Assembly (NCBI GenBank): GCA_963803435.1
Contig: CAWDML010000001.1
Location: 1,568,001-1,632,000, forward strand
DNA from: an uncultured delta proteobacterium
Lineage (GTDB): Bacteria; Myxococcota; Kuafuiibacteriia; Kuafuiibacteriales; Kuafuiibacteriaceae
Reading direction: 5' to 3'
DNA: 64,000 nucleotides
Positions 30,930-40,564 of the stretch are shown piece by piece. How positions within the stretch are numbered: the first letter of the stretch is position 1; each line of letters opens with the position of its first letter. A program made the position numbers and the translations under genes. A model generated the notes under the pieces. That model was not told the origin of the DNA and searched no databases. It saw only the letters and a list, made by a program, of their open reading frames with translations.

Positions 30930-32985
30930 TCAGAGCGTGAAGGCGGCGATGCAGCCGTCGCGCGTGGTGGCGACGAGGAGGTCGTCGTGGACCGCGAGCT
31001 TGTCGGCGTGGATCTCGATGCGCTCGAGGAGCGCGCCCGTCTCGACGTCGAAGAGCTGGAGAGCACCGAGCGGTGACGATCGCGAGCGCGCCTCGGAGGA
31101 AGGCGGCGGCCGAGAACGGCGCGACCGCGAGCTCGAGCGACCGCGTGCAACGGCCGGCCCCGAGGTCGAGCGCATGGAGCATGACCGGTCCGTTTTCGTC
31201 GCTGGTCATCAATACGTCGGCGCGCGCACCGTCGATCCGGCAGGCCCCCGGGTAGCCCTCGAGCACGATGCGCCAGCGCTCCTCACCGGTCCGAAGATCG
31301 CGGAGCACGATCCGATCCTCCGCGTCGCCCGAACCGGCGAGCACGGCGTCGGACGAGAGCGCCACCAAGCCGAAGTGGTACGGGAGCGGGTACGCCTTCT
31401 CGGGATCGGAGCGCAGCTTTGCGGACGCAGTCCAGAGGAGCTCCCTGCGCGCCAGATCCCAGGCCTGAAGCTGCGAGGCGGAGTTTCCGAGCGAGAACGA
31501 TCCGGGCTCCGGCTCGACCTCCTCGAAGTAGCCGAGCGTCACCGCTGTGTCGCCGGACGGCGCGAGGTGGATCTCACTGATCTGCTTCGTGCGACCGGTG
31601 AAAGTGCGCCGCTCCTTCCCCTCGCGGTCCCAGGAGAACAGGTGAGCACCGAGCCCGCCGACCAGCAGGCTGCCGTCGGGAAGCGGCGCGATTGCGTGCG
31701 GCATGATCCTGCCGTCCTCGGACGCGAGCTCGAAGCCGAACACCTCGGTCACGTCCAGCCGCCGTCGCGTCATCGAGGCCTCGGGATCGCGCGCCGAGGT
31801 GATCAGCATTCCATCGTACGTGAAGGCCACCGGGCAGCCGTTCGCGGTCGGCTCCTCGATGCGCGTCGTCATCTCGCCGGAGACTGTCGACCAGACCAAT
31901 CGCGTGTTTTCCGAGTCCGTGGTCACGGCGAGCGCACCGTCGACCGAGAGCACGGGTCCGCTCACCAGGTCGCGGTGCCGCTCGAAGTCCGTCGAGACGG
32001 CATCGCGGCCGTAGATGTGGATGGTCCCGTCCTCGCCTCCGCCGACGATCCAGCGCCCGTCCGGAGACACGGCGACGGCGGTGGGCCGCCGGCCCGGCGA
32101 CGGCAGCCAGCCGAGCAGGGTCCCGTCGAGCCCCACCTCCTGGAGATCGTCCGAGGCGACCCAGATCCCGGCCGTGGAGACGGCGATGCTCTCCGGCTCC
32201 CAGGCGAACGACCGCACCAGACGCGACACGCGCGTCGCCGGATCCCAGGCGAGGAGCTCCTGGGCCGTCGACAACAGGGTCCCGTCCGGAAGGAACACCA
32301 GGCGATGGGGCGGATTCCGGTGGCCCACCCCACTGGTGTTGGGAATCGACAAGTACACGCTCCCCTGGTGAACGACCATCGCGTCGCTCTGATACAGCGG
32401 CTCGCACGGCTCGCCCGACTCGGCCTCGAACATCACCAGCGCGTTGTCGAGGATCGCGACCACCACCCGCGTCCCATCCGGAGAGACCGCCACGGAGGTC
32501 GGTCCCTCGGTCAAAGGCTCGACGCGGATCAGTGTCCCGTCGCGCAGATCCCAGAACGCGATCGTGTTGTCCTCGGCGACGGACACCAGCCGCCGGCCGC
32601 CGGCTGCCACCGAACGCACGTAGTCGGTGTGGTGCTCGAGCACGTGCTCGCAGCTCCCGCCGAGGCTCCACACCCGCACCCCACCGTCGTCGCCGCCGGT
32701 CGCGAAGCGTCCCCGATCGATCGCTGTCAAGCAGTTGACCGGCTGGCCACCGTGTCCGTCGAACGCCTGGATGATGCGTCCGTCGATCCCGATGTGCAGC
32801 AGCTGGCCGTCCTCACCTGCGCTGACAAAGCTGTCGTCGTCGAGGAACACCACCTCGTGCACGAGCTTCTCGTGCGCGTGGATCCGATGGGCCGGCTCGG
32901 GCGCGGACCGCTCCGTTCGGCGAAATCGCGGGTGTAGTCTCAACTTGGGGCGCGAGACTCCAACGCGCTCGCCCGTGGAAGGCAA
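30930..32985 (-). CDS. WD40-repeat beta-propeller protein, frameshift near 31070
   Basis: SAGEDG, TGGDDGGVRVW, HTDYVRSV, DNTIAFWD and VSPDG repeats; C-terminus is in ORF 30930..31175. Confidence 0.82.
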
Positions 32986-33207
32986 GCGGGAGCGGAGCCG
33001 CGCCCGGATGAATCATGGCCCGGGACGAGAACCAGATCGCGGGCCCGCGCATTGAGAGCGGTGGGCGCCCCGTTCGTCTATGGAAGAGCGGCGGCCGCCC
33101 GCCGGGGATGAAGGTCCTCGAGTCCCACGCGCGACCCAAGATGCCCGGGCGGATCCCCGTTTTGGTCGGAGCGGGCGGCGGTGTGATCTTTGCACGAGCA
33201 GCCGCTC

Positions 33208-35592
33208 GTGCGGTCCTTTGCTGTCTCCCTGGCACTCTTTGCGGCCTGCGCCGCCCCGGCGGACGAGCCCTCCGTCGCGCGGGTGCGCTTCAAGGCGCTC
33301 GAGGGCGGGCTGGAGTCAAAACCGGTGGTGGTGGTGCTCGAGCGCACCGGGAGCGCCGCCGGTGAGGTGACGGTTCGATTCACGACGCGAGACGGCAGCG
33401 CCCGGGCGGGCGAGGACTATTCGGCCGTCGACGGGACCGTGAGCTGGCCCGACGGCGAGCTCGGCGATCGGCGCATCGAGATCCCGGTGATCCAGGACGA
33501 CATCTACGAACCCGTCGAGACCTTCATGATCGATGTCTTCGATCCGAGCGGGGCCGAGCTCGATCCAGCGAGCGCGATCTCGATCGAGAAGCAGCTGCGG
33601 TCGGACGACCCCGATTCGCTCGGACGGACCAAGATGAGCGCGCTGCTCCGGATCCTCGACGACGACCCGGCGCCCGCTCCGAGCGTCGTCGAGATCTCGA
33701 GGACGGCGCTCGACACCAGCGACGGGTACGCGATGGGTGTGACCATCGCGCGGACGGGGAGCACCCGCGGAGAGGTGAGCGTGGACTATGAGACGCTCGA
33801 GGAGACCGCGGCCGCCGGCGTCGACTTCCTGGCGGCGCGGGGCACGCTTCGCTGGGGCGACGCGGAGGCGAGCGAGACGACGGTGCGTATCCCGCTGCTG
33901 CCGGAGGCGACCCCCGGAAGGACCTTCCAGCTGGTGCTGATGAACGGGGCCGGCGACGTGGTACTGGGTGAGTCGCGCACCACCATCACGATCCCGGACC
34001 TGTCCAGACAACCGATCGCGAGCGCCAGCGCCGACGTGCTCGCCGGCGAGGCGCCGCTCGAGGTTCGCTTCGACGGCAGCGGCTCGAGCGATCCGGACGG
34101 CGCGATCGTCGCGTACCAGTGGACCTTCGGGGACGGCGCGTCGGCCGAGGGTGCCGTCGCGACCCACGTGTTCGCGGAGGCCGGGATCTTCGCCGTGCTC
34201 CTGACCGTCACCGACGGGGACGGCCTCGCCTCGTCCGCGCCGCTGGAGATCGCGGTGACGGCGCCTTCGAACCTCCCTCCGATCGCCGATGCGGGTCCGC
34301 CCATCGCCGCGGTCGATGCCGACGGAGACGGCGTCGAGACCGTCGTGCTCGACGGATCGAGCTCGTACGATCCGGACGGAACGATCACCGCGTACGACTG
34401 GTATCTCGAGAGTGTTCTGCTCGCGAGCGAGGCGGCGCCGAGCGTCTCACTTCCGATCGGGCAGCACCTCGTCACGCTCCGGGTGACGGACGATCTCGGC
34501 GTCAGCGCGTCGGCGACCGTGATGGTGACCGTCGATCCGAGCACGCCGCCCCCGCACGCCGTCCTGCTGCGGATCAACGCAGGCGGCGCGGCGGTCACCG
34601 ACACGCTCGGCCGCGCCTGGGCCGCTGACCGAGCCTATGACGGCGCGACCTGGGGCTACGAGAACCCGCCGGCGGGCTCCTTCGGAGCCGTCGATCGGCG
34701 GGCGACCGATCCGGCCTTCGACGTCGGTGGCACCGCGGACGACGCGATCTTCACGACCGAGCGCTGGGGTCTCAGCGCCTACCGAGCGAACGTCCCCAAC
34801 GGCACCTACCGGGTGACGCTGAGGTTCGCGGAGACCTGGTCGGGCGTGACCGGGCCCGGGCAGCGCGTGTTCGGCGTCGCGATCGAGGGTATCGACATCG
34901 CGCCCGACCTCGACGTCTTCGCCGCGGTGGGCTTTGCCCAGGCCTACCAACTCGTCATCGACGGCGTCTCCGTCCAGGATCAGCGGCTCGACATCGATTT
35001 CACCCCCAACCTGCTTTCGACGATGATCGACGGCCTCGAGATCGCGGAGACGGCGATCGTCGAGCGGCGCATTTCGTCCGGGCTCGACGATGTCGAGGAG
35101 AACGCGAGCACCGGCGGGATCAACGCGACCAGCACCGACCTCGAGCTGGCCGTCGACAACACCACCACCCAGGTGGTCGGAATGCGATTCTCCGCGGTGG
35201 GCATCCCGAACGGCGCCGTCATCACCCGCGCGCACGTCCAGTTCCAGGTGGACGAGGTGAGCATCGGAGACGCGAACCTCGTCATCCAGGCTGAGCTCGC
35301 CGGCGACGCAGCCCCGTTCACCACCGCCACCGGGGACGTCTCCGGGCGCGCGCGCTCCGTGGCCTCGGTCGCTTGGACGCCACCGCCCTGGCCGACCGTC
35401 GACGACGCGGGGCCGGATCAGCGCACGCCGGATCTCACCGCTCTCCTCCAGGAGGTGGTGGATGAGCCGGGCTGGGCGAGCGGTCACGCGGTGGTGCTGA
35501 TCGTGAGCGGCACGGGCGCGCGGGTCGCCGAATCATTCGACGGCGTGGCGACGGCGGCACCGCTGCTCCATGTCGAGTATCTGGCGCCCTGA
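33208..35592 (+). CDS. Surface lipoprotein with Calx-beta x2, PKD x2, malectin-like and C-terminal beta-sandwich domains
   Basis: Lipobox FAAC; DGSARAGEDY (Calx-beta); DGSGSSDPDG..YQWTFGDG (PKD); RINAGG...LRFAE...RVF (malectin). Confidence 0.85.
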   Translation: MRSFAVSLALFAACAAPADEPSVARVRFKALEGGLESKPVVVVLERTGSAAGEVTVRFTTRDGSARAGEDYSAVDGTVSWPDGELGDRRIEIPVIQDDIYEPVETFMIDVFDPSGAELDPASAISIEKQLRSDDPDSLGRTKMSALLRILDDDPAPAPSVVEISRTALDTSDGYAMGVTIARTGSTRGEVSVDYETLEETAAAGVDFLAARGTLRWGDAEASETTVRIPLLPEATPGRTFQLVLMNGAGDVVLGESRTTITIPDLSRQPIASASADVLAGEAPLEVRFDGSGSSDPDGAIVAYQWTFGDGASAEGAVATHVFAEAGIFAVLLTVTDGDGLASSAPLEIAVTAPSNLPPIADAGPPIAAVDADGDGVETVVLDGSSSYDPDGTITAYDWYLESVLLASEAAPSVSLPIGQHLVTLRVTDDLGVSASATVMVTVDPSTPPPHAVLLRINAGGAAVTDTLGRAWAADRAYDGATWGYENPPAGSFGAVDRRATDPAFDVGGTADDAIFTTERWGLSAYRANVPNGTYRVTLRFAETWSGVTGPGQRVFGVAIEGIDIAPDLDVFAAVGFAQAYQLVIDGVSVQDQRLDIDFTPNLLSTMIDGLEIAETAIVERRISSGLDDVEENASTGGINATSTDLELAVDNTTTQVVGMRFSAVGIPNGAVITRAHVQFQVDEVSIGDANLVIQAELAGDAAPFTTATGDVSGRARSVASVAWTPPPWPTVDDAGPDQRTPDLTALLQEVVDEPGWASGHAVVLIVSGTGARVAESFDGVATAAPLLHVEYLAP

Positions 35593-35872
35593 GAGCGACT
35601 CAAGCGCGACGCCGAATCACGTGAAAGCCGACGCGGTTTCATCGAGAAGACGATCGCCTCCAGATCCGTCTCATCCCCCCGCACGAAGGTTGAGCACTCC
35701 GGGTGGGCGTTCGATCCGAAACTGACGGCTGCGAGCTGCGAGCTGTCGACGCGGCACGGAATTCGAGTGAACTCGAGCGTTTGAAGCGCAGCCTCGCTAA
35801 GAGCCGGTCCAGAAACCGTTCCGTTCGCAGTTTGCTGTTTCGTCGTTCTGTCATTCGCTGTTCGATCCGGCG

Positions 35873-36253
35873 ATGAAGGGCGATGACATCGCAGAACGAC
35901 TGCTCAAGTTTGCGATGCGTGTACTTCGGCTTTGCCGCGAGTTCCCAAACGACTTTGCCGGCAAGCACGTTGTCCGACAGCTGATCCGGTGTTCATCCGG
36001 AGGTGGTGCGAATTACAAGGAAGCGCGTGGCGGCGAGAGCCTTGCCGACTTCATCCACAAGATGGCGGTCGCTCGCAAGGAGATCCGCGAGTCGCTGTAC
36101 TGGTTGCGTCTTGCCGATCCGGAGCTGATGCAGGGAGCGGAGATCGCTTCGCTGAACCGAGAGGCCAACGAACTCTCTGCGATTCTGAACGAGCTCCATC
36201 AAGACGGCGAAGGCTCGATCAGGGAAGTCATCGAGCCTGCTGGAACGCGATGA
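35873..36253 (+). CDS. Four-helix-bundle protein (23S rRNA IVS protein / Avd-like fold); C-terminus probably frameshifted near 36189
   Basis: RLLKFA.RV..L, QLIR.SS..GANY.EA, ES..DFIHKM..ARKE..ESLYWL.L and EANEL..IL; the expected SSIKTAK ending appears in another frame. Confidence 0.88.
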   Translation: MKGDDIAERLLKFAMRVLRLCREFPNDFAGKHVVRQLIRCSSGGGANYKEARGGESLADFIHKMAVARKEIRESLYWLRLADPELMQGAEIASLNREANELSAILNELHQDGEGSIREVIEPAGTR

Positions 36254-37020
36254 TCGCGCACGCAGGATGAACCAGCCCGAGATACCGCGATCCCGTTGGT
36301 TCCCACCGCACGAGTCATGCGCGGAACTGGTTGTGCCAAGCGTTCGTGCGCTCGACAACCCAGCGCCGCGGCCTACCGCGGACACAGCCAGCGAGTGCAG
36401 GCTCGCCGCGGCGGCGGATATGCGGTTTGATCCGGCGCGCTCGAATGGCGGCCTCGACATCCGCGTAGTCGTAGCCTTTATCCAGGCAGAGGTGCTCCGG
36501 CCGTCGTGGACCGCGGGAGCCCCGTAGGACGACGCGGTCGAGCGTCTGCTCCACCAGCCACTTGTCGTGCACGTTCGCGCCTGAGATCTCGACCGCCAAC
36601 GGAACACCACGACCATCCGTGAGCACGTGACGCTTCACGCCTCGCTTGGCTCGATCCGTCGGGTTCGGACCGGTCAGGTCCCCCTTTTGGAGCCTTGACG
36701 ATCGCGCTGTCGAGTGAAGTCCACTTCCACTGTATGCCGCGCCTCCTGTCGTAGTACCGCAGCAGCTCAGCGAAGATCGCGGTGAAGATCCCTGCTGCGC
36801 ACCATGCCGCGAATCGACTGTGGCACGTCGAACCGGAGCTGAACTCGCGCGGCAGGGCCTTCCACTGGCACCCCGTCCGAAGGCGATAGACGATACCTGC
36901 CATCACGACGCGATCCGCAACCCGCGGGCGACCTCCCCGCGGCCTTGGACCTCGCTTCGGGAGTAACGGCTCAATGCGTTTCCACAGGGCGTCCGGAAGA
37001 CTTGCGAATCTTGCCTGCAT
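36228..37020 (-). pseudogene. IS5-family DDE transposase (two frames joined at an A4G5 run near 36685; in-frame TGA at 36315)
   Basis: W..IEPLLP, TGCQW..LP, LDS (D), GPNPTDR, KRHVLTDG.G.PL, DKGYD (D) and VVERT (E). Reading continues past the TGA as LVRWE...YLGLVH.ACAII to 36228. Confidence 0.85.
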
Positions 37021-37276
37021 CGACTCTGCAGAACACTCGATCGAGCACGATGCAACAACGGCCGCTTTGAATAGCGAATGAGCAGAACGAGCGAAACAGG
37101 AAACGCGGAGCGGTCCGGAGGTTTTCGGACCGGCTCTAAGCCTACATGGTGACGGCCGCGCTCGCGTGGAGCATCAAGTGGGCGATGGATACAGCCGCAC
37201 GAAGCTGAACGCCGTGCCCTCTTGCGAATGGACCGGCGCGGGGTAGAAACGCTCGCCTTGGCACGTAGCAATCCTC

Positions 37277-37804
37277 GTGGGCATCTTCGACTTCCTGCGC
37301 TCAAAGCCGGAACCACCGGTGCGGTCGTTCGCCGGGCTCTGCTACGACGTCGCGTTCTTCGTGCTCCCACCGATCGCGCACGCCGATCCGGCGCAGGTGC
37401 ACGAGCTGTGGACCCAGGCGCCCAACTTCGCCGGAGGCTTTCTCTTCTTCTCGGCCGGGCAACGCCACGGGATGAAGATGGGCGCGCTCGACGACGGCGG
37501 GCGGTTCAAGTCCCACCACGGTGAGCTCGACGCGACCCAAAGCTACTACGCGCTCGAGTTTCCTCCACCGCCGCCGTTCGATCCCGACGAGATGATCCTT
37601 GGCCCGTACTTCGCGGTGATGGTGATCGACAGGGTCAACCGCCAGTCGGAGTACTTCGTCCTCTGCCAGAGCGTCGAGGCCGGCACGACACTCCGCACCG
37701 TCCGCGGCAACGGGATGAACATCAACCTCGGCCCGGGCCCGACGCCCACGCTCGATCGCGTCCTCGACGCGGTCCGCGAGCGGCTCGCCGCCACGCTTGC
37801 CTAG
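37277..37804 (+). CDS. Hypothetical protein
   Basis: 175-aa ORF with an MGIFDFL start and GC3-biased codons; no family recognised. Confidence 0.7.
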   Translation: MGIFDFLRSKPEPPVRSFAGLCYDVAFFVLPPIAHADPAQVHELWTQAPNFAGGFLFFSAGQRHGMKMGALDDGGRFKSHHGELDATQSYYALEFPPPPPFDPDEMILGPYFAVMVIDRVNRQSEYFVLCQSVEAGTTLRTVRGNGMNINLGPGPTPTLDRVLDAVRERLAATLA

Positions 37805-37971
37805 AGTCCCGGGCATCGGAGCCGCGTTCGCCTTGTCGCCTGAAACTTCGGTTTCACCACGCGAGCGGGAGAGGACGTCCAAGCGGGTGCGAGCACCGTG
37901 GCAGAGCCAAGCAATCGATGACGGCGGGCACGCCCTAGACCGGGGATCACGTTCAATGTAGCGAGCGCGCT

Positions 37972-39879
37972 ATGCGTCTCGTTCTAGTGCTCTACATGAT
38001 GCTCGGCCTGGGCACGGCTCATGCCGAACCTTCGCTCGGGCCGCAGCGGAAGGCCGTGGAGCCGATGGGCCGATGGGGTTCAGCGCCGATCCGACAGTCA
38101 CGTTCGGCGGCGCGGCTTCTGATGAGCGCGGAGCAGAAACAGCTCATCTCCGTGAGCATCGACGACTCGGTGGTCGTAGTGGATCTTGCGACACTCAGCG
38201 TTCTCAATCGCTTCGAGGCGGGGCACGGCTTCACAGGGCTGCGAGACGCGGCGCTCGCGCCGACGGGCGAGCTCATCACAGTCGGCCAGGATGACCAGAT
38301 CCGCTCCTGGAGGTTGCCGAGCGGCGAGCTCGTGGGCGCAGCTGCGGCCGGACAGCGCGAGATCGAGTCGGTGAGCGTCTTTGTGCGTGGGAAGCTGCTC
38401 GCAAGTGCCGGGAGCGACGGTTCCATCAAGCTCTGGAGGCTCTCGGGCGGCCTCCCCAAGGACCCACGCGTCATCGCGAGCGGTGGTGCGCCGATCCGAT
38501 CGCTCGCGTTCTCGCCAGACGGTTCGAAGCTCGCATCTTCGGAGAACGGTCTGACGATCATCGACGTCGCTCGACCTGAAGAGCGGATCCAGTGCAAGGG
38601 CTCGCAGGGACGGATGACCCAGGCCGCGAGCATCGCCTTCTCGCCCGACGGCAAACAGGTCATATCCGGAGGCTGGGAGGATCATGCGCTCTACGTGTGG
38701 GACGCAGCGACGTGTCGCGAGCTCCATCGGTTCGACGAGCCACGCCCGGTCCTTTCGGTTCTCTACTTCGACGAGGGAAAGCGCGCGGCCTCGGTGACGA
38801 ACGGGGGCATTCAGCTATGGGACACGAAGGCGTGGCGACGGTCGGCGCTCATCGAGGTCGAGGGCCGTGCACCCGTGCGGCTCACCGTGAGCGCCGATGG
38901 GAAGAGGCTGTTCGCGAGTGACGAAGGCGGAACGCTCGACATTTTCGACGTCGCCAGCCGCAAGAGCCTCCTCGGAGCCGAGGGTCATCGTGGGGCCGTC
39001 ACCCAGAATCTCCTTCGCCGAACGAGCACCGCTCGCAGTCTCAGCGAGCGAGGACGGACGCGCGGTGATCTGGGACGTGAAATCGGGCCGGGCCCTGCGA
39101 GTGATTCAGGACGTCGTGGCCGCCGCCATCGCTCCGAGCGGCAAGAAGGTCATGACCGGCAGTAATCGCGGGATCTTGAAGCTCTGGACGATCGGGAAGG
39201 CGGAGCCGGACTGGGTCGACGACTCGATGGTCGGGAAGATCGGATGGCTCGCCTTCTCGCCCGACGGGGCTGCTTTTTGGGCGTGCGCCGATCCCGGCGA
39301 TCTCTCCCTCCGAACCGCGAACGGCCGCACCGCGCGATGGACCATGAACGACGGCTGCATGGATGACCGTTTCGGATGGCGGCCCGCTGTAACGCCGAGA
39401 GGAGTCGTACTGCCCCAGCATGATGGCGACTCGAACGGGTTGGCGGTCGTCGACCTCCGGACGGGCAGGCCGACGCGATTTTTCCAGGCAACGCCCGGCA
39501 CGGGTCCAATCACGACGGCCGCCGCGTCCGCCGACGCCAAGACCATCGTTGCCGGCACGTACTTTTTCCAGCGCGTGAGGGGCGAGCCCACCGGTGGGCA
39601 GATCGTGGTGTGGACGCGCGAGGGCCACCAGCGAGCCACGCTCGAGGGACACAAGGTCGAGGTGAGACAAGTGGCGGTCTCGCCCAGCGGAGAGATGGCA
39701 GTATCAGTGAGCCGCGACTCTCTCGTTCGGATCTGGGATCTGCGGAGGGGCCACGAGGCCGAGATGAGGTCGTCGATGTGAAGGAGCAAGCTGTGTCGGT
39801 GGCGTTCGTGCCGGACGGACGCTCATTCGTGGTGGGCCTGAGCTCGGGGGTGATCGAGCGCTTCCAACTCTCGAACTGA
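37972..39879 (+). CDS. Secreted WD40-repeat protein, frameshifts near 39010 and 39765
   Basis: Signal peptide; SAGSDGSIKLW, FSPDG, GHRGAV, LEGHKVEV and DSLVRIWD across ORFs 37972..39165, 38897..39781 and 39610..39879. Confidence 0.82.
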
Positions 39880-40418
39880 AGAGTCGGCCTTAGAACTGCT
39901 TGGGCAAGACAGCGAACTAGGGAGAAGGAATTCTCACCTGATAGCACGCGTCACTCCATCAACGACTCGCTGAGGTGCGATCCGTGGGCCGGTCACGCTG
40001 CCGCATTGCTCGGATGTTCCACGGCCTGAGAGCGCGGTCGCGATCCGCGCCGTGAGATCGGCCTGACTCCAGGATCGCCTGCAACGTCTTTTCGAACCAT
40101 CGCGCGCCTGGGGTTCTCTCCCCCGAAGGGGATCGAAGTCGCATCGTGGATTTGTCGCCCGATCTGGTGCGAGCACTCCTCGATCACCGCAACACCGGCC
40201 TCGTGTTCCCCACGCGGCAACGGAACACGAAGGCGCGAGCACAAATGCGACGTACGCATCGCATCTGGTCATGGCAGGAGTGGCGTTGCCTGCGGTGCAA
40301 CAGCTCCTCGCTCGCAGGCAGTGCAAGCGCTGGATGTTGGGCAGCCATTGGGCAGAACGCGTTTTCTCGAGGAGGAAGAACGGCGAGAAAACGAGTCTTG
40401 AAGCAGAGCTAGAAAAAG

Positions 40419-40493
40419 TCGGGGCGGCGAGATTCGAACTCGCGACCTCTTGACCCCCAGTCAAGCGCGCTAACCAGGCTGCGCTACGCCCCG
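40419..40493 (-). tRNA. tRNA-Pro(GGG), CCA not encoded
   Basis: Acceptor CGGGGCG/CGCCCCG, anticodon arm CTTGA-CTGGGGG-TCAAG, T loop TTCGAAT; TTGACA upstream at 40531-36 (minus strand). Confidence 0.95.
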
Positions 40494-40564
40494 GTCGAGA
40501 GTTGGCGAGTGAAACGCACGCCGATCGGGCTGTCAAGCGAAGCCGAAAGTGTCAGGATGAATCC

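Larger units (their letters stand above)
35801..37136 (-). mobile_element. IS5-family element carrying a passenger gene, with extended inverted arms and TAA target duplication
   Basis: TAA(35798-800)-GAGCCGGTCC...GGACCGGCTC-TAA(37137-39); inverted similarity continues over 35801-35863 versus 37069-37136. Confidence 0.88.

Noticed and set aside
35873-36253. Diversity-generating retroelement or 23S rRNA intervening sequence suggested by the four-helix protein
   Set aside because: No reverse transcriptase, template/variable repeat pair or rRNA sequence is visible in the window.
36680-36690. Unusual +1 programmed frameshift in the IS5 transposase
   Set aside because: One extra base in the A4G5 run would give the usual -1 arrangement, so homopolymer error or decay is more likely.
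36213-37046. Inner IS5 ends GCTCGATC/GATCGAGC bounding only the transposase
   Set aside because: Only 8 nt of a very common word here, no target duplication, and too close to the ATG; the outer ends with TAA duplication are much stronger.
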